A DNA stretch of 64,000 nucleotides from Podarcis erhardii (Eukaryota), in assembly GCA_964252035.1 (NCBI GenBank), contig OZ176200.1; one strand, 5' to 3'. Below the pieces are notes generated by a model. It ran no database searches, was not told the DNA's origin, and worked only from the letters and a program-made list of their open reading frames with translations. Both the position numbers and the translations under genes were made by a program. Below are positions 1 to 11,559 of the stretch, piece after piece. How positions within the stretch are numbered: position 1 is the stretch's first letter; each line of letters starts with the position of its first letter.

Positions 1-2639
1 GGGTCCTTTAGCTTTTACCAGAAGTAGCTAGGTACTGAATGTTTCCTGTTCCATATCAGCATTTTAGAAACCAATAGGATTTCTCTTGTATAGGGAAATA
101 TAAGCCTGGAAGAGCCCTATCAACTTTAACAAAGTTAAAGTTTTCTAGTGATTTGAGTATGGTACCTATTATTTTCATCTCACTCTAACAAATTTAATGT
201 TTAGCCTTCATGACTGCAAGGGTGTAGTTTAAATTATTGTTGTGTGCTTAAATGTGCAGAAGAAGGAAGGTGGCTCTCATACAGTCCATTCCTGAGTTAA
301 AATGAACTGCAGATTTCAGGAAATAGAGATCTTAGATGGAATTTCAACTGAAAATAAAATGTGGGTATATATCAGGATTATCCATTGTATAATATATTGC
401 AATTAATATTGAGAGTTAATGTGTGTTTTAAATGCATCAACTCATAGCACAGAAACCGACTGATACATATAGGTGGAAGCATATTTTGAAAAGTACCTCT
501 TGAGACATTGAGACTGTGTGTTCATACATTCACCCCATTTCATGCAATCGGTCTTACTTGATGTACAGAGTGCATGGTTTTTTCTATCAGCATAAACCAA
601 TATGGAAGCAGCCTTCATTGCAAAATGAATACCATATATTGCATGTATATAGCTGAGACAGTAGTGCATCAAAGGATTCACATTCACACATTCTTCAAGA
701 TATGCATTCAGAAATTATTGGAACAGCAAAGCAGCAGCCTCAGTCTCGATACTGAATGTCTTAAGCTGTTGTGAAAAACATGCTTTTTCACCTGGGCACA
801 TCATCTTCATATATATGTAATATAGTATCCTCACCATGCATTCAGTACAGGTCCATTGTTGTTGTTTTTCCCTTGGGTAGCCTCATCCAAGTCTCTGTCT
901 CAAAAACCTGAGCTCTCTAACTTTTAAAAGAGCAAAATGACATCAGCTTGCAATCTGACCCTTTTGCTTCTCTGCGCCGTGATTCACACTGAGAATGCTG
1001 TGCGCTTGAAGGGCAGGAAAGAAGGCCTGCCAGGACAGAAAGCAATTTCCCATGGCAGGTGCAGGGAGCAGGTGGTACACAGCATTACCTGCAAAAAAAG
1101 GTAGTCTTAGCCTATGATTTTTATTATTTAACATGGAAATCTTATTGCATCCTGAGCCACTCTTGGTGAGGTGCCAAAACCCCCATGTCTGCAGCATGAT
1201 TTATTATGTGGAAATACCACTGAACTAATCAGTAGAGTTACTAATTAATACGGATCTGCATTTTTGCATAAGCAATTAGTGCAAAGAGAGGGTGCTCTGG
1301 AAAAAAAAGGAAGTTGGGTTTGTTTAATCTGAGCACTTATTCAAGCGGAAAGGCCCACCAGGGCAAGGCTGGGGCCCATCCACATTTGAAATTTCTTTCT
1401 TTTGATTAGTTAAAGGAACATAAAGGTCAGATTATCAATATTTAATTCAAATGGAAATGAGTTTTATTAAAGAGGGCATTTTTAAAAAAGAAAAAAAGAA
1501 AGCACCATACACCACACTTTATTTAAAGAAGGTGAGACTCTTCGTTAAATGCCCGGATCAAAAATAATGAGATTGTCCAGCTACAAATCCTGTCTGAGAA
1601 GAGTCCCAGTTCCTAATAATAGAGAAGGTTGACATCAATGAAAAAGGCTGTTGGTGAGATTGAGGTGGGGGTGGTCAGACAAGGCCTTATTACAACCCTC
1701 TAAACATAGATAGCTGTTGCACCCATTTTTAGATTGTTTTATTTCCTCTCCTTTTTTTAATCAAGTCAAATTATTTTTAAAAACTATTGTGATTTCATAA
1801 TTGTATGTCAGTGACCAAAAAGGCTCACTTAGCAAGCAGATAATTAAAAATTGAGTCTGGATGTAATTCCCATTAACTAAATAGAAGTTGTCATTTATAA
1901 AATTAAACAACATCATTTAGCAAGCAAGGGTAGGAAACAGAATGGTCCATTAAAATGAAGATGCTATGGGGGTGATTTCCTACACACACACACAAGCACA
2001 AAGGTTTTCTGAAACTGCAGTCTTAAATACAGGTGAAGCCCATTTCCATTTCAGCTCACTCACTTCCAAGTAGTTTTTATCTGAATGAGCGAGCTTCTTT
2101 CTAGGACTACTGCCTGTGTTTAGGATTAGGATTTTCATCAGTTTTTAAAAACGGGGCCAATGCAAAGGAGAGCAAATAGTTTTTAATGCATAAGCATGCA
2201 ATATTTATAGCACACATCCCATATTTAGAACACACACACACACTTGTTGTATACCTGTTTTTATATGCATCTATATGCAGATCAAACTTACCAGCAACAA
2301 TAACAATAGCAACAAAAAACCCATCCTAATTCAATGATTTTGAAACTGCACAGCTGAAACCTGAATACAAGATTCAGAAGGAAATTAAGGACTCTATTGG
2401 GGGTGGGGGTGTAAATGTGTTTTTTTCTGATTTGCTATAATGTCACTGTGTATTTGCCGTTTTTTTGTTTTTGCATAAGAACTCTGTATGCGGGGTTTAC
2501 CTAACGGATCTGTTCCTCCTTCGGTAGCTGATGGTTGTGGGGCTTCTAAGAACAACATTGGCGCATTTTTGTCCTAAACAAAATTCGAGAGAAGGAAAAC
2601 ACTGGTGTGTAGACTGTTCCTTCACTTTGATGCTTCCGT

Positions 2640-3278
2640 TTTTAGCAGCGGTTAGCTTCTGAAAGAAATGGGCAGCAGCCGGGGCGGATATTGACCTCCG
2701 CTTGGCAATTAAAAAAAGGAAAGGAAAGAAAAAACCCTTTTAGCGGTTCAGCATGGACCTTACAGGTCATTAGGGACTTGCCAAGAGCAAGCAAAACGGC
2801 GCCGGGTAAAGCCTTATAGCCGCAGGGTGATCTGCGGCTGTGAGCTGTCCAGGGTGCTGATTTCCCCTCTCTCGCGTCCTTTAAATTGCTAATTGGCCGC
2901 TTGTCCAAAACGGTGGTCCACCCAGTGAGCTTAGCCTGGGGAGCTGTTTTCCAACCCCCCACCCTATCTCCCCAGCTTCGTTTGCGCTCATTAAACTCAG
3001 CCAGATCGATAGATCACCTTTGTCCGTCGTCAAGGCCCTCTCGTCTGTTACCTGGCCCCGGCTGTCCTCAATCTGTTTCTATCGCAAACAGGTGTGAGAC
3101 GTCCCCCTCCCCGCACACACAACCCCACCACTGCCTGAAAACTCACGGCAAACACGGGCACGCCTCCATCTACTTCTTTGGCATACGAAGCCCAAAGCTG
3201 GGTCCCTGTTTAATGAGCTTGGCAAAAATCTGCCGGCCTTTGGTATAGGTATATTGACATACATGATTTAAACTTTAG

Positions 3279-3333
<55 letters not shown>

Positions 3334-4500
3334 CGAGCAGCTTCCATCTTCATTGGGCCTTATGTACTCTGTGCAAGGGTTGGAATATTCAAATAAACAG
3401 GACGCAGCCGTAGCTACTGCTGTCTGTTGCGGTCATAAATCACTCAATATTAAGCAGGGCTTCCTCTTTCCAATAGCTTTAAGCTAGGATGGGAGGGAGA
3501 GCGGGCAGAGAATCATTTTCTCTCCCTCCCTCCCTCCTCCGCTCTTCATTCTCGCAGGTGCAATATGAATCAATTATCTTAATTAAGATAATGCCGCAAA
3601 CCCCAGAGATTTCCTTGGGATGGAGTTCGCACTCTGGACAACTATAAGGCATTTTAATAGGGTTTCCACCGCCTTCGCCAGATCTGCAAGAAACTAGGAG
3701 TTCTCCGCAGGATATGTCGTCGGTTGCTTCGATGTCCGCTCCTTCCCATTATTTTTATATCTCTATAGAAAGTGTCGCCAACCTGCCTCGACTCCAGACC
3801 CTCACCCCCAAGCAGAATTTGTCGGTTAAAATAAACAACATGCTTAGGTTTCATGGGCTTCTTCGGTGCGGAGTTTCAAGGGAGAGGGGAAGACATGTTG
3901 ACTTCCGACAGAAATGGGCTTCATAAATTTGCTGCTCGAGGTGCCAGTGCTCCCCTGCTCCGTGCAGCAATCGCACCAAGGTGTGCAGGAACACGCGCCC
4001 GCGAGCGAGGTTCAAAATGTCATCTGTTTGGGAAAATCACATTGACTTAGCAGCAGAGAACAGAAAAGCGAAGAAGCTGGTCCTCCTCCTCTCGCGCTTC
4101 TTTCGACCTGCCTGCTGCCCCTACCCGCACCCTCAGCGGTGGGCGTCCTAAACGCTGGCCTTCGTGTTTTGTTTTCCTCTCCGACCCCCTCCCTCCCCCC
4201 CTCCCCCACCCTCTTGCTGCCGCTGCTGCTATATGGATGGGGCCGGGAACCAAAGTCAGCAGATGAGCTGCAAGCAGGCGGCAGAGGGGCGAGCAGATTT
4301 GGGACGCTGCAAAGGGGCAGCGAGCCGTGAAAGAGGCTTTTGTTGACAACGCGTGCGGCTCGCGTGCCGCTTGGCAGACAGGAGGAGCCCTCAAACGGGG
4401 GGGGGGGGGGTCGGAGAGGGGGAGCGGTGAGAGGTGTGTGTGAGAGAGAGAGAGAGAGAGAGAGGGGGGGGTGGAGGGGGGACTCTGAGGTGCCGATGAG
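2640..4500. promoter_or_regulatory. CpG-rich island / distal regulatory region upstream of NEUROD1
   Basis: CG dinucleotides and GC content are visibly much higher than in 1-2600. Boundaries were judged by eye. Confidence 0.6.
3281..3333 (+). repeat. (GAAA)n microsatellite
   Basis: About 13 consecutive GAAA/AAAG units. Confidence 0.95.
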
Positions 4501-5299
4501 GAATAGAAAAATAATCAAGGAAAGGAAGAAACTGGAAAGAAAAATAAAGGAAGCTTTGAGATAGGTAGATAGATAGATTAGATGACACGCACACGCAGAG
4601 GTATTTCTTTATCTCTAGACCTGAGTCTCTTGGTTTTGTTTTTGCTGTATTGTTAAAAAATAATTGCTTTATTTTACTATGCATTTTTACCATTACGGAT
4701 TTTAAAAAATATATTTTAACGTGGCATCACTGGGTTGTTGTTGTTGTTGTTGTTGTTTTAAAAAAACACTTTATAAACAGCTTTGAAGCTTTGTTTTGGC
4801 ATTCAGCGGCATATAAATAAGTACCATATTCGCAGCCCCAGTTCTTATTCCTCTTTGGTAGTTGTTTGGAAGTCAGTAAAACAAAATAGGAATAATAATA
4901 CCCTTGTTTCTTCCCTGGGATCAGCCATGGCTACTCAAAAGTAAGCCCCATTGAACTCAATGGGAATGACTTCTGAGTAAACGTGTATGAACTCAGACTG
5001 TCCACACACACCCTCAAAAAAACGGGGGCAGATGAAGAGAACTCAGGGGTTGGAGAGCAAAGTTAAGAAGCCCTCTAGTAGACGGATGAGGGTTGTGGCG
5101 GCAACAGAAACAAACAAGAAACTAACTGCAGGCGTGCGACCCAGTCCACAGTCAGGACTTTAACAGTGGGATCCTATATGTGCCTACTCAAAAGGAAGTC
5201 CCACTGAGGGGATGACAGACAAAGGCACATTTTAATAGCTTGAACTGCCCTGCAGTTCTTGTGGAATCCCACCCTCAACAACCCCTCCCCCCACATTAA

Positions 5300-5390
5300 C
5301 AATGCGTTCCTAACCACGTCTACTCAGTGGTAAACCCTATTGAATTCAATGGAGCTTACTCCCAGGTAAGTGGACTTAGGACTGCTGCCT
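5300..5390. repeat. Short palindromic dispersed repeat (MITE-like, family not identified); representative copy
   Basis: Pattern ctactcag..gtaa.cc.ATTGAATTCAAT.g.gcttactc.caggtaag..ttagga, with a perfect 12-bp palindromic centre at 5339-5350. Related copies at ~4930-4995, 5170-5210, 10285-10370, 28770-28860, 31325-31375, 42015-42090, 50680-50760 and 60425-60520. Confidence 0.7.
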
Positions 5391-8011
5391 CAGCCCTTAA
5401 GCGGCCTTACTTAACCTTCTGCAGAAAGAGATTGGGGCCCAAGGAGAGGGACGCCCAAATCCCCCAGGCTAAATTTCTCAGGGATCTGAATCCAGGCCCG
5501 AAGGCCTACCATTTGGCCCACGTATCACTTGTCTGAACTCGGGTTCAAAGTCGACGAATTGCTTCCAACGAGGGTAATATCCAGCGCTGCTACAGATGGT
5601 TTGGCTGAATGGAGCGCATAGGAGAACCACGAAGGAAGGAAAGAACTAAAATCACAAGGGATTAACCGTAAGAGGAAATTCCCACTTCCCAGACTTTCTT
5701 CCTGTCGCGCCTGACCCGCTTCCGACGACCAAGTATCTCTCCCATTTCTTCTCAACTGGCCTCTCCTGGCAGACTTTTTAAAGCAACCTGCTCTCTCCCT
5801 CTCTCACATGCGCAACCATTTTCTCACTTGCCAAGCAAGTTCCTGGAAAAGGAACGCTCATTAAAGGGTCTAGAAGCGCGTTCCTATCGCATGACGACGC
5901 CGTCTGTTGAGAAACAGGGCCGCTTTCAATTGCCCTGTTGTAAGTCCTGTCCCTCTTCTTCCTCCCCAGCTCCGTCGGGAGCCTCTTCTCTGCGTCGCCA
6001 AACACCTTTCCGGGATATGAAAATGGAGTGCTTTACTAAAGGCGGGGAGGGAGGGATGGCTTGTTTATACTGATTTATGCACAAAGCAGGCGACCAAAGC
6101 TGAAGAGGACCTTCTCCTTGAAGGCGTCAGCACGTTGCCCGAAGCATCGGTGACCCGTCCTTCAGTATTAGATGGTTGTGCTTCCAAACGCCCTGGTCGG
6201 CATCTACCATTGTGCGCTTTAATTGATTCTAGCAAGAACCCTGCAAGCTAGGTTGGTCTGGAGGTGGTTTGCTCCAGGCCACGCAAGAGGAACCTAGATG
6301 GCTGAACCTCCACCCACCTTCTTAGGAGAGCGAATCAATGGCATAACGAAGGGTCATCCAGAAAAGACTTTTTCCCCCTTTAAAAAGAAAAAACAAACAA
6401 GCCTAGAAAAATCTGGTGATGGAAAAACCATCTGGATCTAAAGAGACCCCTAACTCAAGCTCAAGAGCGAGAAGTTCTCATTGTGAAACGGCAAGTATCA
6501 ATAGGCTTTCAGTCCTTGTGTGATGCTTTGCTGATCACAAGTCGAAAAACAAATATCTGTTGGCGCTCGTTGGTTTTTTTCCCCTTCCAAGCTAAAGACT
6601 GTGGGTTTTCGAAACAGCCCAGCGGGGATGCATGTGGGGCAACCCTTCTGGTCTGTGGCTAGAGGAAAAGAGAGCTCAGTTTATAGAGTGGACTTTCCCC
6701 GTGATTTGTGCGCATAGAAACTAAAAATATAGAGTGTGGTGGGGCGGATCTGCTATTATTTTTAATTCATTTTGGATTGCCAGGTGAGGCGAGGAAGGAC
6801 GGTGCGCCTCTACCACACACCTCCCAGAAATGCGATTTGCAAACCCACCGAAGCAGCCCGTTCGAAGGCTCTGAAGACGCTGACCTAGTGCTGAAGCTCA
6901 GCTGGGAACCTGATGCGAACAGCCCTGCCCTCTTTGCAAGAAGCTCGGAGCCGAAGGGTAGGGGGAAAGTAAACAAAAGTTCCTCCTTTATTCTCTGCTT
7001 CGCTGTTGCTCAGTGGTAGTTGATCGTCTGCTTTGGAAGCAGAAGGTCCTCAGGTTCATTCCTCAGGTTCAGCATCTCCAGGAAAGGCTCCCGACCTGAG
7101 AGAGCCGTGCAGGGAATCTTGAGTTAGACGAACCAATGATTCAGTAGAAGGCAGGAAGGATCTTATAACTCGTTCGCCACTGTGTGCGATTATCTGCAGA
7201 CCACGACTGAATATTTGGAGACTGGTGGATCCGACCGTTTCCTAACCACTTCTGCTACCCTCGGCTAACAAAGGTGCGCGAATGAACCCACACATCACCA
7301 CCACTTTTATAAAGAGTTTATATATAAAAACCACCTATAATCGCTTTCCCCCTAGGCTGGAGATCTCTTGAGACTCTGTGGCAGTGGGCTGTCGCCTAGC
7401 AGGAAAGCTTTTGCCTCCAGATCAGATTCTTGGGTCATTGCTGGGCGGGAAGCGGATGGTTGCTGCTGTAACAGACCAGGGCAGCTTTCGCTGTTTCCCA
7501 CGTCTGTGAGCTGCACGACCTGGGAGTAGGCTGCTTGGCGCTCGGTGCTTTCCCTCCGGAGGGGAGCAAAGCTGCTCCCGGACCCCCGCCGGAAAAGCAT
7601 CCGAGAACGCGTTTCTGTTTCCATCTCCTCACCGAAAGAAGCGACGGCAACTAGGGAACCTCCTGAACAGGGAACTGAGCGCAATGCAAGGAGGAAACGA
7701 GCGCTGGTTGTACCCTAATGAGCCTTCCTCATACGTGAAATCGTTCTGCGAGTTCGGTGCTGGGTGGAGACCTTGGATGCTTACACAACGCAGCGCGCAA
7801 AGGATCTCCGCAATCTGGCAAAAGAAAGAGCCCGAAACGCTCTTTCTTTCTCTTTCAAGGAGGCTACTCCTAGTTCCTCTGTCAAAAGTAGAAGGGGACA
7901 ATCCACACCCCCCCCCCCTTTCCCTCTCAATATCCCCAAGCCTCGCGCGCCAGCGCAAGGGTTAATCTCTCCTGCGGGTACAAACAGGTCCGCCGAGTCT
8001 CTGGCTGGCGA

Positions 8012-8297
8012 CAGATGGCCACTTTCTTTCGGGCCACAAAGGGATGGCAGGGAGAGCCGGGCGGCATACGAATGGGCAGCTCACGTGACCCGCGCGAAGC
8101 TTGACGTGGGTGACCATATGGCGCGTGCCGGGGGAAGGCTGACGCAGTCGCTGGGTGGGTAGGGGGGGTGTAGCGGGAGGGAGGAGGAGCGAAGGAGGTG
8201 GAGCTTGCTGCCTGGCCATCCCCAGGGGGTGCCTTCGCTGCCCGCCCCCTCCTCCCCCTCCACCCCCCAGCAGAAGAGCCTCGGCTATATATATAAG
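8012..8297 (+). promoter_or_regulatory. NEUROD1: NEUROD1 proximal promoter: E-boxes, CRE-like site and TATA box
   Basis: CAGATG 8012-8017, CACGTG 8082-8087, TGACGT 8102-8107, CATATG 8115-8120 and TATATATATAAG 8286-8297. Proneural bHLH E-boxes are an established feature of NeuroD1 promoters. Confidence 0.8.
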
Positions 8298-8319
8298 CGG
8301 AGTCTCCTGCATGCAGCCT

Positions 8320-8448
8320 CAAGGAAAAAAACACACATAAATCCAATAAAAAGTGGCACGTCCCTCCGTCGTAAGGAAAGCTTCCCAGGAGCAACAGGGT
8401 TATGAGACCATCACTGCAAAGGACACGCTGAAGAAGAAAAAGAGAAAG
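8320..8448 (+). other. NEUROD1: NEUROD1 non-coding exon 1 (5' UTR); TSS approximate
   Basis: Starts about 30 nt after the TATA box and ends at donor AAG|GTAAAT (GT 8449-8450). NEUROD1 is known to have one non-coding and one coding exon. Confidence 0.75.
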
Positions 8449-10461
8449 GTAAATATTTGATTCCCTCCTTAGCACCCATCTCCTCTTTATACAGTATGGG
8501 TGAAGGATATGCCTAAAAAAGAAAAGGGGAAAAAAGCACCCCAACCCATCGCACGACTAGCTTTATTTCCCCAGAAGGCTATTATTTCCTCTATCTGAAC
8601 GAAATAAGGATGAACCATTGGATTGGCTCTTTTCACTATATTTTTATTTTTTAAAAATATTTTTTTAATGACCTTTCTTGTTGGCGAACTCTTTTCGCCA
8701 CACGCTTGGGTCCAGTACGATCTTACTCGGGAGTAAAGCATGGGCATAGCCAAGGGAGGGGGAAGGTGGGGTAGCTGTCCCCCTAAATCAAGTAAATCAA
8801 TACAAAATACTTAACTAGCTGAGGTTCTCCCCCCCCCCCACAGCATAAAGCCTGCTCCTCCCCCAACATAAATCCCGGCAAAACCCATGAAGTAAAGACC
8901 CGCCGATCCAGCGCTCTCGACCTACTCGCTAGAAAGCGCGCGTTGTATGACATCCTTCAGTTCCCCCCATCTGCGTTTCTGCTGCTGCGTCAAGCCGTGT
9001 GAGGCGCAGCGACACAAAAAATACGGTAGAAATGATCCGAGGAATCCGTAGCAATGCCTTGTTGCGCATGGCACTGGTTTTTTTTGGGGGGGGGGGGATC
9101 AGAGCCAAATCGAATCCAGTAGACCTTGTCCTTACAGATTGGAAGGAGTGTGGGCTGCAGTCTAGAACAGGTTCCGCTGGATTTCTTTCTTTCTTTCTTT
9201 TGGCGGTGGAAAGAGAGAAGAAAAATGGGGTGTCAAATCAGTTGATAGGACTCGCCCGTCCTTTGACAGGTCAGGATTGGGAACTGGCGGGTTGCTTGCT
9301 AAAAGGGAGAGGGAAGTTCCTATATGGGGAGAGGGAAAGTTGGCAACAGATGGGTCAGGTTTCGCTCCCCATTGCCGCTGGAGGGAGAGGGGCTGCGCTG
9401 GTGACGGAGAAGCAAACGGTTTCACTCAACTGTTGCATTTGGATCGCCTTGTAGTTCCGGAGGCTTCGGTAGCGTCGCTTGCCTAAGACGGTCAGGATCG
9501 GTCCATCCCCTTCATTAGCAAACGCTTCCTCTCGCAAGGTTGGGGATCCTCAGGCAGAAAGGGGGGTGGGGGGAGGCAGGGGAGGGGTGGTTTATTAGAG
9601 AGGCTGTGGCTGCACCTGATCCCCTGTCTGGGCGGCAGACTTTGGCTGGACTCTGAACAGTTGGGAAGTCTGCACGGCTATTGTAGGGGAGAATGAAGTG
9701 GCAGAATGAAATGTGGGCAGAATGAAAAGGGGCACCCAACTCAACGGATAAATCCTGCCCGGGCTGAATAATCGTTGGCCATTTGTCCCGCTGATTCTGC
9801 TGCTGCGTGATGTTCTCTCCCCCACGCCCGCCCCCCCCCCCGACACATTTTCTTCTTTTCGATTCTCTCCGTCAAATTTCATTCTATCTATAATCTCCTT
9901 AGAGAGCCACCACCAACACTAATATAAACACGTTATATAATGCTATTTGAGACGATCGGTCTCTTTGTGGCGGAGACGCGCGGAGAAAAGTCGAAGTTTT
10001 TTTACTGGGGAAGGCTTAGGAGTCAAGAGAGTCTAAAGCTGCAGTACTCTTTCGCCTCGGAGGAAACTCGGTTGAATTTAATAGGACGTCTCAGTAGACG
10101 GGGTGAGGATTGCGTCGTAAGTTTCAAATTGCTAGGAAACTTCTTTAAGAACCCAATTTGCAGAAAGTCGCATAGAAATGTAGGGGGTGGGGTGGTGAAA
10201 CTCACCAAAGCCAATTATCACATTGTAATCCATGTGAACGGAATAACTATTATAGAGCTTCCTAAATAATGCTGACAAGGAGAAAATCCTGTGCATTTCT
10301 ACTCAGAAGTAAACCTCGCTGGTTTCAGTGGCGCTTACTCCGTGGCAAATGCATTTAGGATTGTAGCCCCGGAGGAAGGGCTTGGAGGAAGTTATTGGGA
10401 GTGTCCTCTCTGCTAAATGCCTTTTCTCTTGTGATCTCTTCCGCGCGCAGGATCCTGCAGG

Positions 10462-11559
10462 ATGACCAAATCGTACAGCGAGAGCGGGCTGATGGGGGAG
10501 CCCCAGCCGCAGGGTCCCCCCAGCTGGACGGACGACTGCCTCAGCTCCCAGGACGAGGAGCACGAGGCGGAGAAGAAAGAGGGCGACCTGGAAGCTATGC
10601 ACGCCGAAGCTGAGGTGGACTCGCTGAGGAATGGCGAGGAGGAAGAAGAGGAGGAGGAAGAGGACGACCTCGAAGAAGAGGAGGAGGAGGAAGAGGAGGA
10701 GGAAGAAGAAGAAGAAGAAGACGATCAGAAGCCCAAGAGGCGCGGTCCCAAGAAGAAAAAGATGACCAAGGCCCGCTTGGAGAGGTTCAAGCTGCGGCGC
10801 ATGAAGGCCAACGCCCGCGAGCGGAACCGCATGCACGGCCTCAACGCGGCTCTGGACAACTTGCGGAAGGTGGTACCTTGCTATTCCAAGACGCAGAAGC
10901 TGTCCAAGATAGAGACGCTGCGCCTGGCCAAGAACTACATCTGGGCCCTTTCGGAGATCCTGCGCTCGGGCAAGAGCCCCGACCTGGTCTCTTTCGTGCA
11001 GACTCTCTGCAAAGGCCTGTCCCAGCCTACCACCAACCTAGTGGCCGGCTGCCTGCAGCTCAACCCGAGGACTTTCCTGCCTGAGCAGAGCCAGGACCTG
11101 CCTCCGCACATGCAACCGCCCAGCGCTTCCTTCCCGGTGCACCCTTATGCCTACCAGTCGCCTGGGCTGCCTAGCCCGCCTTACGGCACCATGGACAGCT
11201 CCCACCTGTTCCACGTGAAAGCGCCGCACTCCTACGGCGCGGCGCTGGAGCCTTTCTTCGAGAGCGCGCTGGCCGAATGCGCCAGCCCTTCCTTCGACGG
11301 GCCCCTCAGCCCGCCGCTCAGCGTCAACGGGAACTTCTCTTTCAAACACGAACCTTCCGGAGAGTTTGAGAAAAATTATGCCTTCACCATGCACTACCCC
11401 GCCGCCGCCGGCCTGGCGGGGACCCCGGGACACGGATCGCTCTTCTCCTGCTCTGCCTCTCGCTGCGAGATCCCCATCGACAACCTCCTGCCCTACGAGA
11501 GCCATGCCCACCACGAGAGGGTCATGAGTGCCCAGCTCAATGCCATCTTTCACGACTGA
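10462..11559 (+). CDS. NEUROD1: Neurogenic differentiation factor 1 (bHLH), 365 aa, entire CDS in exon 2
   Basis: Begins [35 protein letters not shown], then an acidic tract, KKKK NLS, bHLH ([56 protein letters not shown]) and ends [16 protein letters not shown]. Acceptor CAG at 10448-10450 lies 11 nt before the ATG. Confidence 0.99.
   Translation: MTKSYSESGLMGEPQPQGPPSWTDDCLSSQDEEHEAEKKEGDLEAMHAEAEVDSLRNGEEEEEEEEEDDLEEEEEEEEEEEEEEEEDDQKPKRRGPKKKKMTKARLERFKLRRMKANARERNRMHGLNAALDNLRKVVPCYSKTQKLSKIETLRLAKNYIWALSEILRSGKSPDLVSFVQTLCKGLSQPTTNLVAGCLQLNPRTFLPEQSQDLPPHMQPPSASFPVHPYAYQSPGLPSPPYGTMDSSHLFHVKAPHSYGAALEPFFESALAECASPSFDGPLSPPLSVNGNFSFKHEPSGEFEKNYAFTMHYPAAAGLAGTPGHGSLFSCSASRCEIPIDNLLPYESHAHHERVMSAQLNAIFHD

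Larger units (their letters stand above)
5400..10100. promoter_or_regulatory. NEUROD1: Large CpG-rich domain covering the NEUROD1 promoter, exon 1 and intron
   Basis: High CpG density across several kb, as is typical of developmental transcription-factor loci. Limits are approximate. Confidence 0.65.

Noticed and set aside
7058-7092. RE1-like TTCAGCATC-tcca-GGAAAG, and TTCAGCATGGAC at ~2745
   Set aside because: Both halves are degenerate and the spacing is neither canonical nor in the extended class.
7927-8544. 205-aa minus-strand ORF across the NEUROD1 promoter
   Set aside because: Low-complexity translation of promoter and exon 1 sequence, with no homology recognised.
10451-10461. Second AG (10459-10460) as an alternative NEUROD1 acceptor
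   Set aside because: It would not change the protein or the -3 purine, and nothing in the sequence shows it is used.
10303-10836. 177-aa minus-strand ORF with poly-F/L
   Set aside because: Antisense shadow of the NEUROD1 GAA/GAG tract, with no independent protein features.
11038-11553. 171-aa minus-strand ORF
   Set aside because: Antisense shadow of the GC-rich NEUROD1 CDS.
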